Assembly (NCBI GenBank): GCA_041690295.1
Contig: JAWLHR010000002.1
Span: 128,001 to 192,000, forward strand
DNA: 64,000 nucleotides
From: Bdellovibrionales bacterium
Lineage (GTDB): Bacteria; Bdellovibrionota; Bdellovibrionia; Bdellovibrionales; UBA1609
Reading direction: 5' to 3'
Shown: piece after piece, positions 29,897-39,426 of the stretch
How the letters are laid out: the number at the start of each line of letters is the position of its first letter
How positions within the stretch are numbered: position 1 is the stretch's first letter
Notes under the pieces: generated by a model
The model's input: the letters and a program-made list of their open reading frames with translations, nothing else
What the model was told of the DNA's origin: nothing
The model's database searches: none
Translations under genes and position numbers: made by a program

Positions 29897-30430
29897 TTGG
29901 CTGAGGCTCTCAGGCAAGTGGACCGCGAACTCGTCGAGAGTACTCGTACGTTTGCGTTCACCACAAAATTAGAAAAGATCGTGGCTTGGGGAAGGAAGAA
30001 TTCCCTGTGGCCTTTACCTTACGGTACGGCTTGTTGCGGAATTGAGATGATGTCGGTTATGGGACCGCGCTACGATCTCGCGCGATTCGGCGCCGAAGTC
30101 GTCCGCTTTTCTCCGCGCCAAGCGGACATGATGATTGTCGCCGGCACCATCACCGAAAAAATGGCGCCAGTGATTTTGCGAATCTATCAGCAAATGCTTG
30201 AACCGAAGTACGTGATCGCCATGGGCGCTTGCGCGAGCTCCGGAGGCTTCTACAGATCATACCACGTTCTTCAAGGTGTGGATAAAGTGGTGCCCGTGGA
30301 CGTTTACGTTCCCGGATGTCCGCCGACACCCGAAGCGGTTTTGGATGGGGTCATGCGAGTGCAGAAGATGATTGAGGACGGATCACCCCGTCCGTGGAAA
30401 GAACACTGGCAACCAGGCGTTTATCGATGA
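29897..30430 (+). CDS. nuoB: NADH-quinone oxidoreductase subunit B
   Basis: [24 protein letters not shown] and PGCPP motifs. TTG start after AAGGAG. Confidence 0.95.
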   Translation: MAEALRQVDRELVESTRTFAFTTKLEKIVAWGRKNSLWPLPYGTACCGIEMMSVMGPRYDLARFGAEVVRFSPRQADMMIVAGTITEKMAPVILRIYQQMLEPKYVIAMGACASSGGFYRSYHVLQGVDKVVPVDVYVPGCPPTPEAVLDGVMRVQKMIEDGSPRPWKEHWQPGVYR

Positions 30431-32112
30431 GCGCGAATACGATTGAGTCGGTTCGTACCGACCTGAAAACCAAATTCCCGAACGTCAACTTTGATTACGC
30501 TTATGAGAATCACGCCAACATCCTTCATATTCCCAAAGAATATGTGGTGTTGGTGATGAAGCATTTCAAAGACAGCGGCCGCTTCGATTTCCTGATGAAT
30601 ATTTCAGGTGTCGATTATCCCGAACGCGAGAAGCGCTTTGAAGTCGTCTACGAACTTTTCTCCTCGCGAACCATGGAGCGCCTGCGGGTCAAAACCAAAG
30701 TCGGCGAAGACGAAGAAGTCCCGACCATCATTCATTTGTGGCGGGGAGCGGATTGGTTTGAGCGTGAAACCTGGGACATGTTCGGCATCAAATTCGCCGG
30801 TCATCCGAATTTACGGCGCCTGCTGGTGCATCACCAGTTTCAAGGATTTCCCCTGCGCAAGGATTATCCGGCGGATTTGCAGCAACACTGCACTGAAGCC
30901 ACGCCCATTCATTTCGACGTGGATCCCGAGTACACGGCGCCTCCCGATAAGGATTTGGTCCCGCTGAATATCGGTCCGTCCCATCCGGCCACGCACGGAA
31001 CTTTGCGGGTGATGGTGCAACTTGATGGCGAAAAAGTTCATCGCGCGACGGTTGAAATGGGTTACCTGCACCGCTGTTTTGAAAAAATGGCGGAAACCCA
31101 TCCTTACAATCAGGTGATTCCGTACACGGATCGTTTGAACTACTGCTCGGCGCCGATGAACAACGTGGGCTACTGCAAAGCCGTCGAGAAACTGCTCGGC
31201 GTGGAAATCCCGCCGAAGGCGCAGGCGATCCGGGTGATTTTGTGCGAGCTTTCGCGCATCATCGATCACATTGTTTGTATCGGCGCCAACGCGGTGGACC
31301 TCGGTGCTTTGACGGGATTTTTCCATCTCTTCACTTATCGCGAAAAAGTCTATTCGCTTTTCGAACAACTCTGCGGGGCGCGTTTGACGGTTTCACTCAC
31401 GCGCGTGGGCGGAATGGCCAATAATCCTCCCGAGGGTTGGTATAAGAACGTCCTTCAGTTCGTGAAGGAAATGCGCAAGGGCGTTGACGAACTCGATCTT
31501 CTTCTCACCGAGAATAAAATCTGGATTCAACGGACACGGGATGTCGGCAAGATTTCCCCGCAAGAGGCGATTGAATGGGGATATACGGGTCCGTGCTTGC
31601 GGGCCGCCGGTGTGGGATTGGATTTGCGTAAAGCCCAGCCCTATTACGGCTACGATCAACTCGACTTCGACGTTCCCGTGGGAACCACCGGTGACGTTTA
31701 CGATCGCTATCTCGTGCGGGTCGCCGAAATGCGCGAGTCATTGAAGATCATTGAGCAGGTGGCGAAAAACATTCCCGAGGGCGATTACACGATTCGCGAC
31801 AAGAACATCGTCTTACCGGAAAAGAAGGACGTCTACGGCAACATCGAGGGCTTGATGAACCACTTCATGCTGGTGATCAAAGGCCTTAGGCCGCCGGCCG
31901 GCGAAGTCTATGACGCCACCGAAGCCGCCAACGGGGAACTTGGATTTTACCTGGTCAGTGACAACAGCGCGCGTCCCTACCGTTTGAAAGTGCGCGCGCC
32001 CTGCTTTGCCATTTACCAATCGTTCGCCAAACAAATCACCGGCGGGCTTGTGGCTGATGTGATTTCCATTTTAGGCAGTATGAATATCATCGCCGGGGAA
32101 TTGGAGCGCTAA
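30427..32112 (+). CDS. nuoCD: NADH-quinone oxidoreductase fused subunit C/D
   Basis: [12 protein letters not shown]...PLRKDY (C part); [20 protein letters not shown] and GELER (D part). Confidence 0.95.
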   Translation: MSANTIESVRTDLKTKFPNVNFDYAYENHANILHIPKEYVVLVMKHFKDSGRFDFLMNISGVDYPEREKRFEVVYELFSSRTMERLRVKTKVGEDEEVPTIIHLWRGADWFERETWDMFGIKFAGHPNLRRLLVHHQFQGFPLRKDYPADLQQHCTEATPIHFDVDPEYTAPPDKDLVPLNIGPSHPATHGTLRVMVQLDGEKVHRATVEMGYLHRCFEKMAETHPYNQVIPYTDRLNYCSAPMNNVGYCKAVEKLLGVEIPPKAQAIRVILCELSRIIDHIVCIGANAVDLGALTGFFHLFTYREKVYSLFEQLCGARLTVSLTRVGGMANNPPEGWYKNVLQFVKEMRKGVDELDLLLTENKIWIQRTRDVGKISPQEAIEWGYTGPCLRAAGVGLDLRKAQPYYGYDQLDFDVPVGTTGDVYDRYLVRVAEMRESLKIIEQVAKNIPEGDYTIRDKNIVLPEKKDVYGNIEGLMNHFMLVIKGLRPPAGEVYDATEAANGELGFYLVSDNSARPYRLKVRAPCFAIYQSFAKQITGGLVADVISILGSMNIIAGELER

Positions 32113-32585
32113 TGTTTACTTTGTCGCCTGAAGGTCAGGAATTCGTAAAAAAAGAGCTTAAACGCTATGAAACGCCCTATTCGGCGATCATCCCGGCGCT
32201 TTATCGCGTGCAAAAGGAACATGGCTGGGTACCGCCCGAGGCCGTGGATTATTTAAGCGAGCTGATGCAACTGCCGGCCGCCCATATTAAAGAAGTTCTG
32301 TCGTTCTACACGATGTTCAACAAAAAGCCCGTCGGTCATTTGCACGTTCAGGTCTGCACCAATATTTCGTGTTCAATGAACGGCGGTCGCGAGTTGGCGG
32401 ACGCTTTATGTAAGGCGTTTAAGGTCAACTACGACGAAATCAGCCCTGATAAGAAAATCACCATCTCCAGGGTGGAATGCCTGGGTTCATGTGGAACCGC
32501 GCCGATGATGCAGGTGAATGATAAGTATTATGAAAACCTGACACCTGAAACGGCCATTCAAAAGCTCAAAGAGCTGGGGGCCTGA
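32112..32585 (+). CDS. nuoE: NADH-quinone oxidoreductase subunit E
   Basis: CTNISC...CLGSC 2Fe-2S motif. Confidence 0.95.
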   Translation: MFTLSPEGQEFVKKELKRYETPYSAIIPALYRVQKEHGWVPPEAVDYLSELMQLPAAHIKEVLSFYTMFNKKPVGHLHVQVCTNISCSMNGGRELADALCKAFKVNYDEISPDKKITISRVECLGSCGTAPMMQVNDKYYENLTPETAIQKLKELGA

Positions 32586-32590
32586 GAATC

Positions 32591-33868
32591 ATGCAAACGA
32601 AACTTCTCACTGAACATTACGACAAGCCGGAATTTCAGACTCTGGAAGGCTACAAAAAATACGGGGGCTATTCCGTTCTTCCCAAGGCCTTGAAGATGGA
32701 TCCCAAAGCCATCATCGAGGAAGTTAAAGCTTCGGGGCTTCGCGGCCGCGGTGGCGCGGGATTTCCGACTGGCACCAAATGGAGTTTCTTGCCGGCGAAC
32801 GGCGAACCTCGCTATCTGCTTTGCAATGCGGACGAAGGCGAGCCCGGGACATTCAAAGACCGCTTGATGATGGAGCGGGCGCCGCACCAGTTGATCGAAG
32901 GCATGCTGATCTCCGCCTTCGCGATCGGTTCGAAAAAATCCTACATCTACATTCGCGGTGAATACAATTATCCCACCGAGTGCGTGCGTAAGGCGATCGA
33001 TGAGGCTTACAAGGCCGGTTATCTGGGAAAAAACATTCTTGGTTCGGGTTTTGACCACGATATGGACGTTTACTCCGGAGCGGGTGCGTACATTTGTGGT
33101 GAGGAAACGGGAATGATTTCCTCGCTCGAAGGTTTGAAGGGTCAGCCCAAACTGAAACCTCCGTTTCCGGCCGTTCAGGGTTACTTGCGTAAACCCACCA
33201 TCGTGAACAATGTGGAAACGTTGGCGGCGGTGAAATACATCATCCGCGACGGAGCGGCGGCTTATCGTAAATATGGAACCGAAAAATCACCGGGGACCAA
33301 ATTGTTCTCGGTGAGTGGCAATGTGATGAAACCCGGAAACTATGAAGTCCCGCTCGGAACTCCGCTCAAAGACATTATCTTCGATCTTTGCGGGGGATTG
33401 AAACCCGGTCGCAAGTTGAAAGCCGTGATTCCCGGTGGTTCCAGCGCGCCGGTATTGACTGCGGACGAGGCCATGCGCGCCACCATGGATTACGAATGTC
33501 TCGCGCAAATGGGTTCCATGTTGGGTTCGGGCGCGATCATTGTCATTGATGACTCCAACAGCATGGTCGATCTCCTTGATGTGATCATGCATTTCTACCA
33601 TCACGAATCCTGCGGTCAGTGCACGCCCTGCCGCGAAGGTACCGGCTGGCTTTCGAAAATCGTTCATCGCATCCACCATGGACGCGCGGAAGCCAAGGAC
33701 TTGGATCTGATCAAGAAAGTTTCGGAACAAATGATGGGCAAAACGATCTGCGCGCTGTCTGACGCCGCGGCCATGCCCGCCATTTCATTTGTGACGAAGT
33801 TCCGCGACGAATTCGAGCGGCATATCGAGAGAAATCCGTCGCGCACGCAAGAGGAAGCTCATGCCTAA
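32591..33868 (+). CDS. nuoF: NADH-quinone oxidoreductase subunit F
   Basis: GRGGAGFPTG, NADEGEPG, YICGEET and CGQCTPCREG motifs. Confidence 0.97.
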   Translation: MQTKLLTEHYDKPEFQTLEGYKKYGGYSVLPKALKMDPKAIIEEVKASGLRGRGGAGFPTGTKWSFLPANGEPRYLLCNADEGEPGTFKDRLMMERAPHQLIEGMLISAFAIGSKKSYIYIRGEYNYPTECVRKAIDEAYKAGYLGKNILGSGFDHDMDVYSGAGAYICGEETGMISSLEGLKGQPKLKPPFPAVQGYLRKPTIVNNVETLAAVKYIIRDGAAAYRKYGTEKSPGTKLFSVSGNVMKPGNYEVPLGTPLKDIIFDLCGGLKPGRKLKAVIPGGSSAPVLTADEAMRATMDYECLAQMGSMLGSGAIIVIDDSNSMVDLLDVIMHFYHHESCGQCTPCREGTGWLSKIVHRIHHGRAEAKDLDLIKKVSEQMMGKTICALSDAAAMPAISFVTKFRDEFERHIERNPSRTQEEAHA

Positions 33869-35417
33869 AATCAAGATCAACGGCAAAGAATACGAAGTTC
33901 CACAGGGCTCAACCGTGATGCAGGCCTTTCATGAGGCCGGAATCAGCATAGCGCACTATTGCTGGCACCCGGGCCTGAGCGTGGCCGGCGTCTGCCGCCT
34001 CTGCATGGTGCAAATCGAAGGCATGCCCAAGCTGCAAATCGCCTGTAACACCGAAGTCAAAGACGGCATGGTGATCAACAACACATCCGATGTGGTGAAA
34101 GAAACGGTGAAATGGATTTTGGATTTTCACCTGATCAATCATCCGCTGGATTGCCCGATTTGCGACCAAGCGGGAGAGTGCGGCTTACAAGATCACTATA
34201 TGGAGTTCGGCGCGTACAATCCCGAGATGGCCGAGGATAAAGTCAAAAAGTCCAAAGTGGTCGATTTGGGTCCAACGGTGGTTTTGGATTCCGAACGTTG
34301 CATCTTGTGCGCGCGCTGTGTTCGCTTCACCGACGAAGTGTCGAAAACCCATGAATTAGGAATTTTCAATCGCGGTGATCGCAGTGAAATCGGCATTGTT
34401 GATGGTAAGCCGCTCAATAACAACTACTCATTGAACACGGTTGATATCTGTCCGGTGGGCGCGTTGACCTCCAAGGACTTCCGTTTCCGCCAGCGTGTTT
34501 GGTACCTCAAAGAGGCCGATTCGATCTGCCCCGGATGCTCAACCGGATGTAACGTGAAGGTCCATTACAACGAGGAAGGTCTCTGGCGGATCAAGCCTCG
34601 GGTGAATATGGAAGTGAACGGCCATTGGATGTGCGATGTGGGCCGTAGCACCTATAAGTATGTGAACATCAAAAACCGTTTGCTTAGCGGACGGGTGGGC
34701 CGTCGCGATTCGTGGAAAGAAATGTCTCCCGCCTCGACCGCGCGCATGGCGGGACTGAAGCTCAAAGAAATCGTCGAGGCCCATGGGCCGGATTCAGTGG
34801 CGTTGGTGCTGACCGGACAATATACCAATGAAGAGTACAAAGACCTTCTGGTGTATTTCGTGACCGGATTGAAATCCAAGAACGTTTATCACTGGATCAA
34901 TAACCCTGAAAAAATAAACGACTTCGACGGACTTCTCTTCCGCGGCGATCGCAACCCGAACACCAAGGGTGTGGAAGCGGCTCTCAAACGCGCGGGCGTA
35001 CAGGGCAAATGGGAAGACCTGCAGGCGGCGCTCTCTGGCGGAAAAATCAAAGCCGTGGTTGTGGCCGGGCCTGAGGACCAAAGCGTGTTTCCGGACATGG
35101 AAGAAAAGCACGCCATGTTCTCGCAGGCCGAAAATCTGATCTGGTTCACGGCTTGTCCGTCGGCCGTGCTTGAGAAATCCGGCTGCGAAACTTTTCAGAT
35201 TCCAGTAAAAACCCATGCGGAAAAAGCGGGAACATTCACCAATTATCAAGGTCGGGAACAGAAATTTCCGCTCGTGACCACCATCGTGCCGCAAGCGCTG
35301 ACATTGTCCGAAGTCGCCGAAATATTCAGTGGCAAGGAATTGAACTGGAATTTGCGGCCGAAGAGCTTGGGTGGCACTAAAAACAACTACGCCACGACCG
35401 AACGGGGTGCGCTATGA
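33861..35417 (+). CDS. nuoG: NADH-quinone oxidoreductase subunit G (short form)
   Basis: CRLC, HPLDCPICDQAGEC, CILCARC and CPGCSTGC cluster motifs. Confidence 0.93.
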   Translation: MPKIKINGKEYEVPQGSTVMQAFHEAGISIAHYCWHPGLSVAGVCRLCMVQIEGMPKLQIACNTEVKDGMVINNTSDVVKETVKWILDFHLINHPLDCPICDQAGECGLQDHYMEFGAYNPEMAEDKVKKSKVVDLGPTVVLDSERCILCARCVRFTDEVSKTHELGIFNRGDRSEIGIVDGKPLNNNYSLNTVDICPVGALTSKDFRFRQRVWYLKEADSICPGCSTGCNVKVHYNEEGLWRIKPRVNMEVNGHWMCDVGRSTYKYVNIKNRLLSGRVGRRDSWKEMSPASTARMAGLKLKEIVEAHGPDSVALVLTGQYTNEEYKDLLVYFVTGLKSKNVYHWINNPEKINDFDGLLFRGDRNPNTKGVEAALKRAGVQGKWEDLQAALSGGKIKAVVVAGPEDQSVFPDMEEKHAMFSQAENLIWFTACPSAVLEKSGCETFQIPVKTHAEKAGTFTNYQGREQKFPLVTTIVPQALTLSEVAEIFSGKELNWNLRPKSLGGTKNNYATTERGAL

Positions 35418-35938
35418 GTCTCGTGAAACGTCCAAGTCCGGTGGCCGCCTGGTATTTGCCCGGCATTCTCGCGGGAATGTGGTTCACCTTACGGAAAATG
35501 TTCTACAACCTCTTCAACCGCAAAAAGATGCCGACGCTCAATTATCCCGAGGAGAAGTACGAGTATTCGCCCCGGTTTAAAGGCAATCACATCTTAACGG
35601 TGAAAAAAGACGGCAGCATCCGCTGTACGGCGTGCATGCTCTGCGCGACCAATTGTCCCGCTCAATGTATCAAGATTATCGCGGCGGAGCATGATGACCC
35701 GACGGTTGAAAAATATCCGATTTCCTATGAGATCGACGTTCTCCGCTGTGTTTATTGCGGTTTCTGCGAGGAAGCCTGCCCGGTGGATGCGATCCGCATG
35801 GGACCGGAATGGCAAGCCGCTGGTTTGAACGGCTCCAAGTTCACCTACGACATTCAACAATTGGCCTACAGACCGCAACTCAAAGGCGGAATCCAGAGCG
35901 TTCTCGACGACACCGAACGCCACCGCGCCGGCATTTAG
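35414..35938 (+). CDS. nuoI: NADH-quinone oxidoreductase subunit I
   Basis: CTACMLCATNCP and CVYCGFCEEACP motifs. Confidence 0.95.
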   Translation: MSLVKRPSPVAAWYLPGILAGMWFTLRKMFYNLFNRKKMPTLNYPEEKYEYSPRFKGNHILTVKKDGSIRCTACMLCATNCPAQCIKIIAAEHDDPTVEKYPISYEIDVLRCVYCGFCEEACPVDAIRMGPEWQAAGLNGSKFTYDIQQLAYRPQLKGGIQSVLDDTERHRAGI

Positions 35939-36353
35939 TAGGCCGTTCCAAATCAGGATGCATAGCAGCTTTTCTTGATCCTGTCCGCCCCTCACCCTGA
36001 AATGGAATCGGGGAAAAGGGGATGTCGATGAAGCAAATCAGAGCGGGCATCGCCAATGCGGTGACTGCGATTTGCGATCCCCATAACTTCGACCATGACG
36101 AACGCCCGCTCAGTTATTTCCGGCACCCGTCAACGTTAGAGCGGGTTACGAAAATCCTGCTCGTGAATCCCACCATCCGCGAACGGTTGGCGTGCCGAAA
36201 ACAACCGGCCTTTCCCTATTGCGGAGAATGAGGTGCTCTTGAATAGAGCTCTTTCCAAGGGTTCCGGTGAGTTCCCTTTGAGGTCAGCCTGTGTTTCGCG
36301 CGGGGCAACGGGGCCTGATGAGTTCGCCTGATGGCATATAGATTAAATTTATT

Positions 36354-36405
36354 TATTCCGAATCGGAAGTCACTCACGGCGCTATTCCAAACGGAAGTCA
36401 CGGCG
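36354..36405. repeat. Two degenerate copies of the palindrome family
   Basis: TATTCCGAATCGGAAGTCAC (36354) and TATTCCAAACGGAAGTCAC (36383). Confidence 0.75.
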
Positions 36406-36453
36406 AGCAAAAGTGAAGATCGGAAACCACGTGAGTCGAATCAGCCCGCGACC

Positions 36454-37764
36454 TCACTCCGCTCGCACTTGGCGGCCGATGCCGTAGTATTCGACGCCGG
36501 CGGATTTCATCTTGGCGGGGTCGAAAAGGTTACGGCCGTCAAACACAAGGGGTTGCTTCATTTTTGATTTCAGTGAGGTCCAATCCGCCGAGCGGAATTC
36601 CGGCCACTCGGTCACTATCAAGAGCGCATCCGCGCCTTCAATCGCCGTCACCGCTGAATCGCAGGCTTCAAAGGGAACACGACTCGACTCAATCGCGTTT
36701 TGCGTCGCCACCGGATCAAACGCGCGCACCTTGGCGCCGTTTAGGAACAGCTCTTCCATGATTTTCAAAGAGGGCGCCCGGCGCACGTCATCGGTTCGCG
36801 GCTTGAAGGCCAGTCCCCACAAGGCGATCGTGCGGCCTTTCAATGAGCCCAGGCGATCCATCAACCGATTGGTCAAAATGGTTTTTTGCCGCTCATTCAC
36901 GTCATCGACAGCGCGCAGGAGTTTCAGTTCCAAATCATTGGCTTTTCCGGTGTGCAAGAGCGCGCGCACATCTTTAGGGAAACACGAACCGCCGTAACCG
37001 ATCCCAGGATTGAAAAAGGAAGGGTTGATGCGGTTATCTGACGTGAAGCCGGCTTTCACTTCCTCGATATCAGCGCCGAGCTTATCGGCGAGCAGGGCCA
37101 GTTCGTTGATAAATGAAATCTTCAATGCCAAAAACGAGTTGGCGGCGTATTTCGTCATTTCCGCCGAGACATTAGCCATGAACAAAATGGGCTTTCGGCC
37201 GTTACGGGAAACGAAAGGCTCATAAAGTTCCTGCATCAGATGTTTGGCTTTTTCACTTTGGCAACCGATCACTACCCTGTCGGGCTTTAAGAAATCCTCA
37301 AGGGCGGCTCCTTGGCGCAAAAATTCCGGATTGTTGATGATCTCGATCGGATGGGCGCAGTGTTCCTTGCAGAACGCGGCTGCTCGTCTGGCGGTGCCCA
37401 CCGGAACCGTGCTCTTTAACACCACGTATTTCGGTTCCGTCGCGGCCTTACAAATCTCACCCAAAGCCTTGAACGTGGGCTCCATATCGGCCGAACCGTC
37501 GGTCAGTTCCGGCGTTCCAACAGCGATAAAAATTATCGGCGCCCGTTCAACGGCCTCTTTCACATTCATCGTGAAAGACATACGTTTGCGATTCAATGTG
37601 AACAGATCGTCCAATCCAGGCTCATAAAAGGGGACCTTACCATCGAGAAGTGAGTTGATTTTGCTCTCATTGGAATCAACGCAAATCACTTCATGACCGG
37701 CGTCGGCGAAGCAGACTCCCGCCACCAGCCCCACATATCCGGTACCCAAAATGGCGATATTCAT
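36454..37764 (-). CDS. ugd: UDP-glucose 6-dehydrogenase
   Basis: ILGTGYVG, KSTVPVGT, NPEFL, GYGGSCFPKD and FDGRN motifs. ATG 37764 follows AAGGAG. Confidence 0.95.
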   Translation of the reverse strand: MNIAILGTGYVGLVAGVCFADAGHEVICVDSNESKINSLLDGKVPFYEPGLDDLFTLNRKRMSFTMNVKEAVERAPIIFIAVGTPELTDGSADMEPTFKALGEICKAATEPKYVVLKSTVPVGTARRAAAFCKEHCAHPIEIINNPEFLRQGAALEDFLKPDRVVIGCQSEKAKHLMQELYEPFVSRNGRKPILFMANVSAEMTKYAANSFLALKISFINELALLADKLGADIEEVKAGFTSDNRINPSFFNPGIGYGGSCFPKDVRALLHTGKANDLELKLLRAVDDVNERQKTILTNRLMDRLGSLKGRTIALWGLAFKPRTDDVRRAPSLKIMEELFLNGAKVRAFDPVATQNAIESSRVPFEACDSAVTAIEGADALLIVTEWPEFRSADWTSLKSKMKQPLVFDGRNLFDPAKMKSAGVEYYGIGRQVRAE

Positions 37765-37831
37765 CAGAAATCTCCTTTGGCTTTGGACAGGCTGCCAAAT
37801 TAACGGTAATTTGGTCCCAAGTAAAAGCGAT

Positions 37832-38833
37832 ATGGCGTCAAAAACCAAGGAATTTATTAAAGTTGGCTTAAAGATCGCGATAGCGGCGGCCCTGGTGACC
37901 TTTATGGTTAAGTCCGGCCATCTCGATCTAAAAGGCCTCTGGCAGCTCATGACGCCCATGAATATCGCCCTGGCTTTGACCCTTTGCGGCCTTAACGTGG
38001 CGATGGCGGCCTGGCGTTGGATTTTGCTCCTAAAAGCGCGCGGTTTTCAAATTGGATTCGGCTACGGCTTTTCCCTTTATCTGATCGGACTCTTTTTCAA
38101 CCATGCCCTGCCTGGGGCGGTCGGGGGCGATCTGATCCGGGGCTACTATCTGGTGGTCGATAATCCCGAGCGCAAGGTGGATTCCGTCTTATCGATCATT
38201 ATCGATCGCGTGCTCGGGCTTTACTCGTTTTTTCTGTTGAGTCTCATCGCGGTGGCTTTTGATTTCCAATTCGTGATCGCCAACGAGAAGATCCGCTTGG
38301 TGGCTCTTCTTTGTTTCATAATCTTTGTCGGATTGACCATCTTATTCACCATCACGTTTTCGAAACGCCTCACCAAGGCTTCGGGGCTTCATTTTTTCAT
38401 GAGCCGGATTTCCGCGTTGAATAAATTGGTGGAAGCCTTCCAACGTTTCGGGCGGGATCGCAAAGTGATCGCCGCCTCGGTGTTGGTCAGTGTTCTGGCG
38501 CAGCTGATTACAATGCTGTTTTTCTATCAGGTGGGAATCGTAACGGGTGAAACCGGAATGACCTGGAAAGCGGTGATGTTCGCCGTGCCCATGGGATTTG
38601 TGGTCACGGCGGTCCCGATTTCTCCCGCTGGTATCGGTGTGGGGCAGGTGGCCTTTCACTATCTTTTTCAGATTTATCTTGATAAGCCGACTTCCGTGGG
38701 ATCAATGGCCATAACGGCTTTTCAGCTTTGTCTCGCCGCCTGGGCCCTTTTAGGCGCGTTCTTCTATTTGCGCCGGGGTAAACCCCGAGAGCTTTCCGCG
38801 GTCGGTGCGGCCATGGAAAGCTCGGCTTCATGA
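37832..38833 (+). CDS. Lysylphosphatidylglycerol synthase TM / flippase-like (UPF0104) protein
   Basis: WRW, LPGAVGGD..R, DR..G and PISPAGIGV motifs; multiple TMs. Confidence 0.85.
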   Translation: MASKTKEFIKVGLKIAIAAALVTFMVKSGHLDLKGLWQLMTPMNIALALTLCGLNVAMAAWRWILLLKARGFQIGFGYGFSLYLIGLFFNHALPGAVGGDLIRGYYLVVDNPERKVDSVLSIIIDRVLGLYSFFLLSLIAVAFDFQFVIANEKIRLVALLCFIIFVGLTILFTITFSKRLTKASGLHFFMSRISALNKLVEAFQRFGRDRKVIAASVLVSVLAQLITMLFFYQVGIVTGETGMTWKAVMFAVPMGFVVTAVPISPAGIGVGQVAFHYLFQIYLDKPTSVGSMAITAFQLCLAAWALLGAFFYLRRGKPRELSAVGAAMESSAS

Positions 38834-39426
38834 CACTTAAAGAACGAATCCTCGTACTTAAGGTTTTCAAGCACGGCGAAGCGGATTTGATCGTGCACGG
38901 GTTGAATCCATTGGGCGCGCGCATGAACTTTTTCGCCCGAGGAGCCGCGAAGAGCCGCAAACGCTTTGCCGGTGGGATTTTGGAACCCACCCATTATCTT
39001 GAGGTGACCTATCGCCAAAGCACCCGGCAGGATGAAGATCCTTTGCACTCACTGCTCGAGGCGCAGTTGATTCGCGAATTCCCTAAGCTGCGCAGTGATT
39101 ATGAGCGCCTGGATGTGGCCTTGCACTTGTGCAAGATCGTGCACAAGCTCAGCCGGCAGGGCGTGGTGGATTCGCCGGAACTGTTTAACCTTCTTGGCAA
39201 TGCGCTGGCCGCGGCCGAGGTGAGCCGGGATCTTCCCAAACTGAAATCGCACTTCGAACTCAAACTTTTGGCCACGCAAGGCGTTTTACCGGACGAGCCG
39301 CAGTTTCAACCATGGCTGGCGGCAAGTCTTGCGCAGCATGAACAAATCCACATGAATGGCGAGGAACGGCGCCGGGTGGAGCAGCAGGTTCATGAGCATC
39401 TTCGCCAGTATTTGGGCTTGCTCTAA
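38830..39426 (+). CDS. recO: DNA repair protein RecO
   Basis: HGEADLIV...ARGAAKSRKRF.GG.LEP and FELKLL motifs. Confidence 0.88.
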   Translation: MTLKERILVLKVFKHGEADLIVHGLNPLGARMNFFARGAAKSRKRFAGGILEPTHYLEVTYRQSTRQDEDPLHSLLEAQLIREFPKLRSDYERLDVALHLCKIVHKLSRQGVVDSPELFNLLGNALAAAEVSRDLPKLKSHFELKLLATQGVLPDEPQFQPWLAASLAQHEQIHMNGEERRRVEQQVHEHLRQYLGLL

